In this document: positions 27,652 through 37,653 of the stretch, one piece after another
Position numbering within the stretch: position 1 is the first letter of the stretch
Layout: every line of letters begins with the position of its first letter
Assembly: GCA_024281315.1 (NCBI GenBank)
Contig: JAJSAE010000069.1
Location: forward strand, 1 to 50,156
Length of the DNA stretch: 50,156 bases
Direction of reading: 5' to 3'
Source: an archaeon
GTDB taxonomy: Archaea; Thermoplasmatota; Thermoplasmata; JAJSAE01
Notes under the pieces: model-generated
Database searches by the model: none
Told to the model about the DNA's origin: nothing
What the model saw: only the letters and a program-made list of their open reading frames with translations
Made by a program: the position numbers and the translations under genes

Positions 27652-30600
27652 TCACTCATCCATCTTCAGCACGGCCCCACGCCCGGAATTTCCGTTAACG
27701 CGCACTTCAATGGCGTTTTTCAACTGCAGATGAACCACATGCTCCGTTTCGGTTAGCGGCCTCTGGGCCTCCAGCCACTCCCAGTCTATGAATCCTTCCG
27801 AGGCCTTTCCGGTAACGGTGAGATACGGGATGTTCAGGCATGCTATGTTGTGGAGAAAGTGCGAGCCCTGCGAGTATTCGACCTTTATGTCGCCCATGGG
27901 TGTTTCCACCATTGTTCTGGTGTTGGATATCTGCTCCCATTCCACGGGAATACCCAGCCATCTATCCTTTGTCCCCCAGCGTCCCGGGCCGATAAGAATA
28001 TACGGCCTCTCATCCAGTGTCTCGTTAATCCGACCTATCTCTTTGGCAATCTCAACGGTCTTCCCGCGGTCAAACCTCTTTCTATCTACAAACACGATGT
28101 CCTTTATGTTTGAGAGGACGCCGTTTCCCAGCGATTTGGTGGAGTATATCAGGTATTTTTCCCTGTTGCTCGCATTGAAATCCTCCACATCTATCTGCCT
28201 TTTAATTGTGAGAAGAGGACGAATCTGCAGGATGTGGAGCTCAGGTCGGCCGTTTTTGTTAAGGTGTGCGGCAAACTCTATTTCCACCGCGCCTCCCATT
28301 GCCATCTGGCACAGTGCCAGCGTATCTCTCAGAATCTCCGGGAGTGGATACATATCGTACTTGAGGATGTGCGCAAAGGTGATTATTCGGTAGCCGTCGT
28401 AGTCGCTTCCGTCCCTCAAGATGTCGTTCTGCGGGTCGTATATGCTGCCCACCCACTCCATTACGCCCTTGTTCGCCTCCGCCTCCGAGACATATAGTTT
28501 TCTTATGGTACTGCCCTCTCCCTCGCCCAGGTCAAAATCCTCTCCCGTCATGTCTAGGGCGTAGAATATGTTCTGGGAGTTCTGGAGCATCTCCTTTGTA
28601 TTCGAGAAACCGAGAATGGCCTGAGGCCGCCGGGGCGAGAATGTCAGGAAGTTCTCTCCCTCCACCACTATTTTTCCGAGGCCCATAGCCAGATTGACTA
28701 TGCCGTCCTCTCTCTTCAAGGGGGGTTGTGGGTAGAAATTGTAGGATTGGGCCACGCCGGAAAAGACGGGATAGAAGACATCTCCGAAGCGATTGCCCAC
28801 GAGTTTCTGAATGACAACCGCCATCTTGTCGTCCTCCGTGGTGTGCAGGGTTGTTTTTATGTATGCTCTGGTCCGTTTGAAATATGTGGAGGCATAGACG
28901 AGTTTTATGGCGTCGGAAAGGTGTTTCAGCCTCAAATCATCGCTTTTTTCGTTATTGGGAAGGAGGTAGGTGGAGTATATCCCCGCAAACGGCTGGCTGT
29001 ATGAGTCCTCCAGAAGGCTTGAGGAGCGTACCGCTATCGGCTCAGTTATAAGACTCAGATATTTTTTCAGGGCATCCTTCAGTTTCTCGGAAATCCTGCT
29101 GTCGAGAAAGACTTTTATTATCTCTCTGTCGGTAAGGCCCTTATTTCTTATGTCTCCCAGTCCGTTTTCCTCTATGAATGTATCGAACTCATCCGTGGCG
29201 ATTATAAAAGCTGAAGGGACATTCAGGCCGTATTCCTCGTATTTTTTAGGGAATTCCGTCTTCTGGAAAAGGTATGACAGAAATGCGATCCCCCTCCCCT
29301 TTCCTCCAAGGGAGCCGCCGCCGAAGCGCGTGATTGTGTTCTCGTAGGCGAAAGCCTCGCTGCTGGAAAAGTCGGATATGACGCCCCTGCTCTTGTTCCT
29401 CTCTATCTCCTCAAAAACATCGATGAGGTATGTGCGCATCTCTTCTCCGTCTCGAAAATCGGAGATCTTCTTCGGTCTCAATTGGCGTGCAAATTCAATC
29501 TCTCCTCTGGCAAGGAGCCAGCCGGAGAACTGATTTTTTCTACCGTGGTATATGACGGACTCTGGCGGCACGGTCTTAATCATCTCTATGAATTCTTTTA
29601 TATTGGAGGCCTTTCCGACAACCTCTCCTCCCGGAAGTTTGAAGACGAAGGGGCCGAATCCGAGTTTTTCCTTCAGAAAGTGCCGAAATTCCGAGATAAG
29701 GGTATCCGAATTCTTGTCCGCAAAGCTGACTCCGAACTCCTCCGCTTTTTTTCTCTTATCCACCTGTGTTGATTGAACAAGAACAGGGATATCCGAGTCT
29801 ATGCTGGATATGAGGTGGAAGCCCGCATTTTCGTCCTTTTCTCCGTTTCTGGGGTAGGCCACATCGGTTATCACGCCTATAATGTACTCTCTGTAGTTCT
29901 GGTATATGGAAAATGCATCCTCGTAGGTCTCCGCCAGAAGGATTTTCGGCCTTGCCCTCTTCCTCAGCATTTTCTCCTGCTCGTTCACGCTCTCTTCCAT
30001 AAGCGCCTGTGTCTGTCTCACAATCTCCTTGTACATCAGAGGAAGGAAGACGGAGTAGTACTCCGGCGAGTCCTCCACAAGGAGCATTACACGAACCCCG
30101 CCGTATCTTGTATCGTTCTCCACATTCCGTAGGTCCTCGAAGAGTTTTATAATCGCCAGAAATATGGCGGAATCGCCGTTCCAGAAGAAAACGCGGTCAA
30201 TACCGTTCTTTTTACCCGGCTCGTGATAACGCCGTATCTCTCCAGCATCCGTTACCAGAAGCACTGTCGGCAGTCCCGGCTGTATCTTCTTTACCAGTTC
30301 TCCGAATTCCAGGGGGTCCGAGTCGAAGAGGTGGGTCATGGTGATTATAAGGTCGTATTTCTTCCTGTGAAGTTCCGCAAGGGCGTTTTCGGCCGACGCC
30401 ACCAGTTTGACGCGCGGGGGCGATGTTATGCCGAGGCTGAAAAACTCCCCGAATATTTGCTCGGAGAGGCCCCTGTCTTCCTCCAGAATGAAGGCATCAT
30501 AGAGGCTGGCCACCAGAAGAACATTTCTTATTCTGTACTGCATCAATTCCTGTGCGGGAGAAAAGATATCCTCCACATGGTTCATGATTCCCTTATCAAG

Positions 30601-30660
30601 AATCTCCTTTATTCCTGCCAGATCATCATTTTCGGGGAGAGCATCCCTCTTCGAGGCCAT
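27652..30660 (-). CDS. PEP/pyruvate-binding (PPDK_N-like) domain protein with N-terminal receiver-like domains
   Basis: GSLGGKGRG, PIAVRSSSLLEDS..PFAGIYSTY, MAVVIQ, SGVAQS, GLGK.VVEG, EIEFA, LQIRP, GPGRWG, SQGSHF; no phospho-His or C-terminal PEP-utilising domain seen. Confidence 0.85.
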   Translation of the reverse strand: MASKRDALPENDDLAGIKEILDKGIMNHVEDIFSPAQELMQYRIRNVLLVASLYDAFILEEDRGLSEQIFGEFFSLGITSPPRVKLVASAENALAELHRKKYDLIITMTHLFDSDPLEFGELVKKIQPGLPTVLLVTDAGEIRRYHEPGKKNGIDRVFFWNGDSAIFLAIIKLFEDLRNVENDTRYGGVRVMLLVEDSPEYYSVFLPLMYKEIVRQTQALMEESVNEQEKMLRKRARPKILLAETYEDAFSIYQNYREYIIGVITDVAYPRNGEKDENAGFHLISSIDSDIPVLVQSTQVDKRKKAEEFGVSFADKNSDTLISEFRHFLKEKLGFGPFVFKLPGGEVVGKASNIKEFIEMIKTVPPESVIYHGRKNQFSGWLLARGEIEFARQLRPKKISDFRDGEEMRTYLIDVFEEIERNKSRGVISDFSSSEAFAYENTITRFGGGSLGGKGRGIAFLSYLFQKTEFPKKYEEYGLNVPSAFIIATDEFDTFIEENGLGDIRNKGLTDREIIKVFLDSRISEKLKDALKKYLSLITEPIAVRSSSLLEDSYSQPFAGIYSTYLLPNNEKSDDLRLKHLSDAIKLVYASTYFKRTRAYIKTTLHTTEDDKMAVVIQKLVGNRFGDVFYPVFSGVAQSYNFYPQPPLKREDGIVNLAMGLGKIVVEGENFLTFSPRRPQAILGFSNTKEMLQNSQNIFYALDMTGEDFDLGEGEGSTIRKLYVSEAEANKGVMEWVGSIYDPQNDILRDGSDYDGYRIITFAHILKYDMYPLPEILRDTLALCQMAMGGAVEIEFAAHLNKNGRPELHILQIRPLLTIKRQIDVEDFNASNREKYLIYSTKSLGNGVLSNIKDIVFVDRKRFDRGKTVEIAKEIGRINETLDERPYILIGPGRWGTKDRWLGIPVEWEQISNTRTMVETPMGDIKVEYSQGSHFLHNIACLNIPYLTVTGKASEGFIDWEWLEAQRPLTETEHVVHLQLKNAIEVRVNGNSGRGAVLKMDE

Positions 30661-30699
30661 GGAGCCTGATATGGTGGTAGGATATTAAATGTTTGTCAT

Positions 30700-32016
30700 T
30701 CAGTCCTTTTGCACCCCTTTCACGAACTCTCCGACTCTCTCCATTCCTTCCTTAATCTTATCATGGTCGTTTATCAGGGGGCCATAGGAGATTCTCACGC
30801 CGTTCTTTATACTCTGGCCGAATCCTCCGCCGGGTATGAAGAGAACGCCGGTGTTTTTCAGCACCTCAAGCATGAATTTATCGGCATCCATTCCCGCATC
30901 CATCACGGTGTAGAGGCCTCCCTGCGGCACCAGCCTCCTCATTCCCAGATGCTCATCTATGGCCTTCAGGGTGATATCGGCCGTGGCCTTGTATCTGGAC
31001 CTCACATCGTTCAAATACTTCTTTAACTCTCCAGAGGGTATTGCCTCCTGCAGATACTCCTTTATGGCCATCTGATGGAGCGTATCGGGGCAGAGTATGG
31101 AGCACTGCTGCACCCGTTCCATCGCAGCGACCACCCTCGGGTGTGCCTCTATCCAGCCCAGCCTTCTGCCGAGTCCTCTGGCCCACTTGGAATTGGAATG
31201 CATCGCTATCATGTGCGGGTACTCGTTGGGGGACCACGAGAAGTACTCTGGCGGCTTTTCCGAGAAATATTGTGTCTTGTATGCGAAGTCCATCATCACG
31301 AATACCCCTTTATTCTCGCACATCTCCATTATATTCCTTACAAGGCGGTGTGGCATGATCTGGCTGGTGGGGTTGTCCGGGGACGGGATGATAATAATTT
31401 TCGGGTCATAGAGTTTTATTATGTTTTCGAGGTCTTCCATTACTTTATCTTCGTCCGGCAGGTATTTCCACTCCACGGGGTCGAACACATTCAGATGCAC
31501 GATCTCAGCGGCAGGTACCACCGGGTTAACTCCCGTGGGGTTATGTATTATTTTTGTGTCCGTGAGTGCGAAGTCTATCTGCCCCCCGTAATTTGCGTAT
31601 GTCGGGTCGAGAAGGACGACATCCTCTCCCGGATTCGCAAGCGAGACAAAGAGGTCGTGTGTGAGCTGCGTGGAACTCTGGCCGACAATTATGTTCTCCG
31701 GTCCGATCTCTTTTACACCGAAGACATCCTGCTCGAAGAGGGCCAGTTGCTCCCTGAGTCCAAGTTCTCCCGGGGTGGGGCTGTATGCGCCGCTGGCATG
31801 GAACCTTAGCGGGTCTTTTGCAATCTCGATATACTTCTCCCTCATGAGTTCGGGAACTTCGTGATTCACCCAGCCTCCGCCGAACGATATCACATCGTCC
31901 GGATTCAGCCCCATTTCGATTATGTTCTTCCTCTCCGCCATCTTCATTATCTGCCTGATGGGGGAGGGCCTCTTCATTTGCTCCTCGATTATGTTTGATA
32001 GTCTGATATATGCCAT
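30700..32016 (-). CDS. PLP-dependent aminotransferase, class I/II
   Basis: ISFGGG, DPTY, SPDNPT, DFAY, SNSK...G.RLGW, PQGGLY, GVLFIPG, VRISY. Confidence 0.9.
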   Translation of the reverse strand: MAYIRLSNIIEEQMKRPSPIRQIMKMAERKNIIEMGLNPDDVISFGGGWVNHEVPELMREKYIEIAKDPLRFHASGAYSPTPGELGLREQLALFEQDVFGVKEIGPENIIVGQSSTQLTHDLFVSLANPGEDVVLLDPTYANYGGQIDFALTDTKIIHNPTGVNPVVPAAEIVHLNVFDPVEWKYLPDEDKVMEDLENIIKLYDPKIIIIPSPDNPTSQIMPHRLVRNIMEMCENKGVFVMMDFAYKTQYFSEKPPEYFSWSPNEYPHMIAMHSNSKWARGLGRRLGWIEAHPRVVAAMERVQQCSILCPDTLHQMAIKEYLQEAIPSGELKKYLNDVRSRYKATADITLKAIDEHLGMRRLVPQGGLYTVMDAGMDADKFMLEVLKNTGVLFIPGGGFGQSIKNGVRISYGPLINDHDKIKEGMERVGEFVKGVQKD

Positions 32017-32040
32017 TATGTCACCTTCTTTTGTTTTTTA

Positions 32041-34665
32041 CTACTTTTCTATCAGGATTACAACTCCGTTTATACTGATGCTGTCCACATCTACGCCGTG
32101 AGAAACAAGGGTTCTTTCGAACTCCACATGTTTTTTCGTTATTTCGCCGGTCTCGCCGTCAGGGAACCGTATTGTTATCTTCCCTGTCTTCAGGGCCTCT
32201 CGCAATTCCTCAGGATCGCTTTCAGTTATGAACTTCACGACATCCTGTGCGTGCTGCCTGAATTCCGGTCCTATCGCTGCATACACCGGCTTCGCTCCGC
32301 TAATCCTCTCCTCCGTGTGCCCCCTCTTTTCCAGGATGATTCTGGCGGCCTTCACCGTTGCGGCGATGTCCCTCTCGCTCCCCAGAAGGTACTCCGCCTT
32401 TTCCCCTATGATTTCCACTGTCTTCACTTCCGCACCCAGCGCCATCTTCCTAGAGGCCTTCCACGACCTTATCTCCGAGATAATGTCCTTTACCAGTTCT
32501 CCCTGCTCCTCTGCGTCCGGGTCAATCTCTCTCGCTTCCGGCCAAGGCGAGATATGAACGCTCTTTATTCCTTCCAGCTCAACATAATGCTCCTGATAGA
32601 CCGATTCCGCAAGGTGGGGCATGAAGGGAGCCAGCAGTTTTGTCATGCCGAGGCCGATGGTGTACAATGTGTACTCCAGAGCCTCATCGTTTCCCGCATA
32701 TATCCTGTGCTTCACCATTTCCAGATAGTGGTCCGCAACCCTGTGCCATGCAAAGAATTCCAGATCCTTCATGGCCCTGTCGAACTGGTAGTTATCCATG
32801 CTCTCGGTCATCTTCCCGACGAGCCTGTTGAAGGAACTGAGTATCCAGCGGTCGGTTATGCGAAGAGTCTCCGGTTCCTCCCTCCTCTTTTTAATGCCCT
32901 TGCTCATGAGGTTCTGCATGTTCCAGAACTTCTGCATGAACCGGGTCGCATGCTTTACCTCCTCCAGCCGGAATGCGTGGTCCGTTCCAAGAGAACAGGT
33001 GGAGGCGTAGTATCTCATGGCATCTCCTCCGTACTCATCCAGAATAGGCAGGGGGTCGATAACATTTCCCGCGGATGCGTGCATGGGCGTGCCGTCCGGG
33101 GCCATTATGAATCCGTGAATCATGATGTTCTCCCATGGTTTTTTTCCTGTAAGCAGGTACTCCCTCAGAATCGTGTAAAAGGCCCATGTCCGTATGATGT
33201 CGTGCCCCTGCGGCCTCAGGCTCATGGGGTACAGTTTTTCGAATCTCTCTTCATCTCTGAGATAGAATGTATTATAGAGGGGCGAAATCGAGGAATCCAT
33301 CCATGTGTCGAACACATCGGTGCAGCCCTCCAGTTCTCCGCCGCACTTGGGACATTTCTCCACGGGCGGCTTATCCAGCGTGGGGTCCACATAGCAGTCT
33401 TCTTCCTTTGCGGGGACGATGTGGCCGCACTCCTTGCAGTGCCAGACCGGTATCGGCGTTGCGAAATACCGCTGCCTCGAAATTACCCAGTCCCAGCCGA
33501 GGGAATCGGTCCATTCGTTGAGCCTCACTTTCATAAACTCGGGGAACCAGTTTATCTCGTCCCCGATTCTCTTTATGTCCTCCTTGAACTTTGTGGTCTT
33601 GAGGAACCACTGAGGGACCTGAAGGAACTCTATGGGCGTCTTGCACCTCCAGCAGAGGCCCACATTCTGCTCGTTGTCCTCCTGTTTTATGAGCAGTCCC
33701 TCCTTTTTCAGGTCTTCAATTATCGCCGCTCTTGCCTCCCCGATGCTCATTCCGGCGTATTTGCCGGCGTTCTCCAGCATCTTCCCTTCCTGATCTATGG
33801 CCATTTCTATGGGAAGGTTGTACTTGTGCACCCAGTTAAGGTCTTCCTTGTCCCCTATGGTGCATATCATAACGATTCCGGTGCCGTACTCCGGGTCCAC
33901 CGCCTCATCCGCAATAACCCTTACTTTTTTCTCGAATATGGGGGTTATCAGCATCTTTCCTACGAGGTGTCTGTTCTTCTCGTCGTCCGGGTGCACAGCT
34001 ATCAGCTGGCAGGCAGGCAGGAGCTCCGGCCTCGTGGTGGCGATGGTGGCAAACTCCTCCTCTCCCTCTATCAAAAATCTCACATAGTTCAGTTTCGTCA
34101 TGTTGTGTTTGTACTCCACCTCGGCGTCGGCCAGTGCGGTCATGCAGCGCGGGCACCAGTTAATGGGGAACTCCCCCTTGTAAACCAGCTCTTTCTCCAG
34201 CATTTTCAGAAATGTTATCTGGGTGATTCTGCGGTAGTACTCCGCGTCGGTCTGGTAGTAGAGTGAGGGATCCATGCTCTCGCCGAGAATCTCGAACTGA
34301 TGCGTCATATCCCCGATATGGCGGCTGGCGAACTCCCGGCACATCTCGATGAATTCATGCCTTTCAACATCCAGTTTCGTAATCCCTCTCTCCTTCTCGA
34401 CCTTGACCTCAATGGGCGTTCCGTTGACATCAAAACAGAGCGGGAAAAAGACATTATCTCCCTTCATGCGGTGGTATCTGGCCGCAAAATCTATGAGCGT
34501 GTAGCCGGTGGCATGGCCCAGATGCAGGGCCCCGGAGGCATACCTCGGAGGGTTGTCTATGCTGTACACCGGCCGGTCGGAGTCGAAGTCGAACTTATAG
34601 AGTTCCCACTCCTTCCACTTCTTCTGCCAGCGTGCTTCCTGCTCTCTGATGTCGTATTCGCTCAT
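32041..34665 (-). CDS. valS: Valine--tRNA ligase (archaeal type)
   Basis: DNPP..SG.LHLGH, WCPRC.TALA.AEVEY, ATTRPE, GTG.VMICT.GD, WDWVISRQRYFATPIP, DVFDTWMDSS, QGHDIIRTW, DHYLEMVK. Confidence 0.96.
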   Translation of the reverse strand: MSEYDIREQEARWQKKWKEWELYKFDFDSDRPVYSIDNPPRYASGALHLGHATGYTLIDFAARYHRMKGDNVFFPLCFDVNGTPIEVKVEKERGITKLDVERHEFIEMCREFASRHIGDMTHQFEILGESMDPSLYYQTDAEYYRRITQITFLKMLEKELVYKGEFPINWCPRCMTALADAEVEYKHNMTKLNYVRFLIEGEEEFATIATTRPELLPACQLIAVHPDDEKNRHLVGKMLITPIFEKKVRVIADEAVDPEYGTGIVMICTIGDKEDLNWVHKYNLPIEMAIDQEGKMLENAGKYAGMSIGEARAAIIEDLKKEGLLIKQEDNEQNVGLCWRCKTPIEFLQVPQWFLKTTKFKEDIKRIGDEINWFPEFMKVRLNEWTDSLGWDWVISRQRYFATPIPVWHCKECGHIVPAKEEDCYVDPTLDKPPVEKCPKCGGELEGCTDVFDTWMDSSISPLYNTFYLRDEERFEKLYPMSLRPQGHDIIRTWAFYTILREYLLTGKKPWENIMIHGFIMAPDGTPMHASAGNVIDPLPILDEYGGDAMRYYASTCSLGTDHAFRLEEVKHATRFMQKFWNMQNLMSKGIKKRREEPETLRITDRWILSSFNRLVGKMTESMDNYQFDRAMKDLEFFAWHRVADHYLEMVKHRIYAGNDEALEYTLYTIGLGMTKLLAPFMPHLAESVYQEHYVELEGIKSVHISPWPEAREIDPDAEEQGELVKDIISEIRSWKASRKMALGAEVKTVEIIGEKAEYLLGSERDIAATVKAARIILEKRGHTEERISGAKPVYAAIGPEFRQHAQDVVKFITESDPEELREALKTGKITIRFPDGETGEITKKHVEFERTLVSHGVDVDSISINGVVILIEK

Positions 34666-34789
34666 ACCGGCGGGAAAGATAATGGGGGATAAAAGAGTTT
34701 TTGTTGGTCCGGATAGACTTCTTAGCGCTCCTCCCTCTCAATACAGGGATAAAATTAATAAGGGGCGGGCCTATTCCCTCTGGAGGTCA

Positions 34790-36394
34790 ATGAACGAAGT
34801 ACAGGTCATCGAAGCGTTTGCAGCCATAGGAATCATCATACTTCTGGGTTTCCTCGGCTCTCTTCTGTTCTACAAAACAAAGATACCGGATATTGTCCTG
34901 CTCATACTTCTTGGAGTCATCATCGGGCCGCATGTTCTGGGTCTCGCCTCTCCGGATGTAATGCATGCCATCGAGGTATTTTCCCCGTTCTTCATGGCAA
35001 TCGCACTTGTCATAATCCTCTTTGACGGCGGTCTCAATCTGAACTACCAGAATGTTCTTGACAGCATCGGTAAGGCAACACTGTTCACGGTCCTGAATTT
35101 CGTGACCTTCGTATCTCTGGCAACAGTGGTGGCCTACTACTTCCTTGGGATAACAAACTGGACGATAGCCATGCTTCTGGGGGCCATTCTCGGAGGTACG
35201 AGCAGCGCCATAGTCATTCCTATAGTTTCCAAGATGAGCATCGGCGAGGATGCAAAAAACCTTCTCATACTCGAATCAGTCATTACCGATGTGCTCGTTA
35301 TCGTTACGGTGGTCTCTATGGTTCACATCATGCTGACAAACACCAGCGACATGACCGTTGCAAGTAGCAGTCTTGCCAATGCATTTCTGGTGGCCATGGT
35401 AGTCGGCTTCCTCTTCGGAATATTCTGGCTGAAGAGTCTCAAAATACTTAAAGGAAAGCCGTTTTCTTTTATGATTACGCTGGCCATACTTTTCATACTC
35501 TATGCTGTGGTGGAAGGGGCACTTCATAGCAGCGGTGCCATTGCGGCCCTCATATTCGGCCTTGTCCTTGGCAATAAGGACGAGTTCGCCCGCATTTTCA
35601 AGAAATCACCCGAGGATTTCGTGTTTGACGAGCATATAAAACAGTTTCACTCCGAGATGTCATTCATGGTCAAAACATTCTTCTTTGTCTACTTGGGCAT
35701 TATATTCAATCTGAACGTCCTGCTTTCATTTCCCATAATGATAGTCTCTTTAACCCTTTTTGCTGTTGTCGTGCTGGCACGGTTCCCCATTGCAAAAGCG
35801 GTAGGGCGTATTTCTCACATGACTCCGCGGGAAACAGAGGCAACATTCATAATGTTTCCCCGTGGACTCAGTGCTGCTGTCCTTGCCACCTATCCGTACA
35901 TGATGCTCAGAAGCGCTCCGGTCTGGGACACTCTGAGTGCACATACTCAGGATTTTCTCCAGAATGATGTGGTCAATGTGGTCTTCGTCGTACTCGTGCT
36001 TACTGCCGTGGCGGCATCGGTGGGTACCATAATCATCGAAAGAAAGGTTCCCGCAGACGAGAAGCGGAAGGAGGAGGAAACGGACATGGACCCGACCACT
36101 ATGTGGTATCAGACACATAACCCGAATATACGCAAGAGAAAGGTGGCCCGGAATAAAAAGGCCGAAAAAGCGCCTGGCGTTTCCGCCAAGGACATAAAAG
36201 AAGTAAATGCCAAGAAGGAGTACAAAAAGGCCGAAAAGATAAAGAAAACCCCTGCGACTCCCATCACGAAAAAGGCCGAAAAGGCGGAGCCGAAGAAAGG
36301 CGGAAAAGAGAGGGGGAAAAAACCGGAAACCCCAATAAAGAGCACAAAGAAATCTGAAAAGATGAAACCCGCCGCAAAAAAGAAAAAGGAGTAG
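34790..36394 (+). CDS. Cation:proton antiporter (NhaP-like) with Lys-rich C-terminal tail
   Basis: GGAGG then ATG 34790; IILFDGG, LGAILGGTSSAIV, LESVITD, FFFVYLG, PRGLSAAVLA. Confidence 0.88.
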   Translation: MNEVQVIEAFAAIGIIILLGFLGSLLFYKTKIPDIVLLILLGVIIGPHVLGLASPDVMHAIEVFSPFFMAIALVIILFDGGLNLNYQNVLDSIGKATLFTVLNFVTFVSLATVVAYYFLGITNWTIAMLLGAILGGTSSAIVIPIVSKMSIGEDAKNLLILESVITDVLVIVTVVSMVHIMLTNTSDMTVASSSLANAFLVAMVVGFLFGIFWLKSLKILKGKPFSFMITLAILFILYAVVEGALHSSGAIAALIFGLVLGNKDEFARIFKKSPEDFVFDEHIKQFHSEMSFMVKTFFFVYLGIIFNLNVLLSFPIMIVSLTLFAVVVLARFPIAKAVGRISHMTPRETEATFIMFPRGLSAAVLATYPYMMLRSAPVWDTLSAHTQDFLQNDVVNVVFVVLVLTAVAASVGTIIIERKVPADEKRKEEETDMDPTTMWYQTHNPNIRKRKVARNKKAEKAPGVSAKDIKEVNAKKEYKKAEKIKKTPATPITKKAEKAEPKKGGKERGKKPETPIKSTKKSEKMKPAAKKKKE

Positions 36395-36397
36395 ACG

Positions 36398-37636
36398 GTG
36401 AACAGCATGGTTCTGGATGCATTGACTCAAATATTTATCATTTTTCTTGCCGCCAAGGTAATGAACGAAATATTCGTGCGAATTAATCAATCACCTGTAA
36501 TCGGTGAATTGCTGGTGGGCATTATACTCGGGCCATCCCTTTTGGGAATAATAGGACACTCGGAAGTCCTGGATGTTCTGGCCGAAATAGGCGCCATTGT
36601 CCTTCTCTTTATGGTCGGCCTTGAAACAAGCGTTGAAGACCTTAAGAAGGTAGGAAGGATTGCGATTCTTGTGGCAATACTCGGTGTTATCCTGCCGTTC
36701 GGCATGACATACCTGACTATTATTGTCCTTGGCTATCCGCAGATTGAAGCTCTCTTTGTCGGAGCGGCAATGGTAGCCACCAGTATCGGAATAACCGCCA
36801 GAGTTCTTGCGGATATGGGGCTTCTGGATACGAAAGAGGCAAAACTTATTCTCGGCGCTGCCATCGTGGACGACATTCTCGGAATGATAGTGCTTACCAT
36901 GGTCAGCGGAATGGCACAGGGAAGTTTCTCCATGTACAACACCGTCGTGATAATCATTGAGGCTGTCCTCTTCATCATTGCCATACTCTACTTCGGAAGA
37001 AAGATGCTCAGTCGCGCGACAGGGCGGCACGAAGTGGAGCAGTACCGTACAATAGAGGGAGATGTAACCCTGAAGTACAAGACAAAGGTGTACCGGCAGG
37101 ACAGTGTTGTGGACAGGCTCCGGCAGAAAGATGCGCCGTTCATCATAGTTCTGCTGGCATGTTTCGGCATATCCGCTCTCGCACAGCGTTTCGGTCTCGC
37201 TGCGATAATCGGTGCCTTCTTTGCCGGAATGCTCTTCACCGATACGAAGGGTAGTTACGACGTGGAAGAAAAAATGCACTCCGTTTATGTCCTTATGACT
37301 CCGTTTTTCTTTGTGGTCATGGGGGCTAAGGTGGACCTCGGAGGACTTGCATCCTTCGGCATAGCGGGTCTGCTGATTCTCCTCTCCGCCGTTGCAATCA
37401 TCTCGAAACTGCTCGGAGGCTATCTGGGTGCCCTGAAAATGGGGACTCAATCAGCTCTGATAGTGGGAGCGGGACTTGTTCCTCGCGGTGAGGTTGGAAT
37501 TATCGTGGCAGCCGTCGGTCTGAATCTCGGAACAATTGATTCGGAGATATACTCGGTGATAGTGATGGTCTCCATAATAACAACACTATACGCGCCGCCG
37601 CTGATAAGAACCGCATACGGAAAGAAAAGCGTATGA
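36398..37636 (+). CDS. Cation:proton antiporter (CPA2, NapA/KefB-like)
   Basis: VIGELLVGIILGPS, LFMVGLE, ATSIGIT, AAIVDDI, IGAFFAG, PFFFV..G, SKLLG, PRGEVG. Confidence 0.9.
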   Translation: MNSMVLDALTQIFIIFLAAKVMNEIFVRINQSPVIGELLVGIILGPSLLGIIGHSEVLDVLAEIGAIVLLFMVGLETSVEDLKKVGRIAILVAILGVILPFGMTYLTIIVLGYPQIEALFVGAAMVATSIGITARVLADMGLLDTKEAKLILGAAIVDDILGMIVLTMVSGMAQGSFSMYNTVVIIIEAVLFIIAILYFGRKMLSRATGRHEVEQYRTIEGDVTLKYKTKVYRQDSVVDRLRQKDAPFIIVLLACFGISALAQRFGLAAIIGAFFAGMLFTDTKGSYDVEEKMHSVYVLMTPFFFVVMGAKVDLGGLASFGIAGLLILLSAVAIISKLLGGYLGALKMGTQSALIVGAGLVPRGEVGIIVAAVGLNLGTIDSEIYSVIVMVSIITTLYAPPLIRTAYGKKSV

Positions 37637-37653
37637 TAAAGCTCTGCGCTCCG

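Noticed and set aside
32098-34266. 722-aa ORF antisense to valS
   Set aside because: Codon-for-codon in register with valS; explained by scarce TTA/CTA/TCA codons; no motifs or RBS
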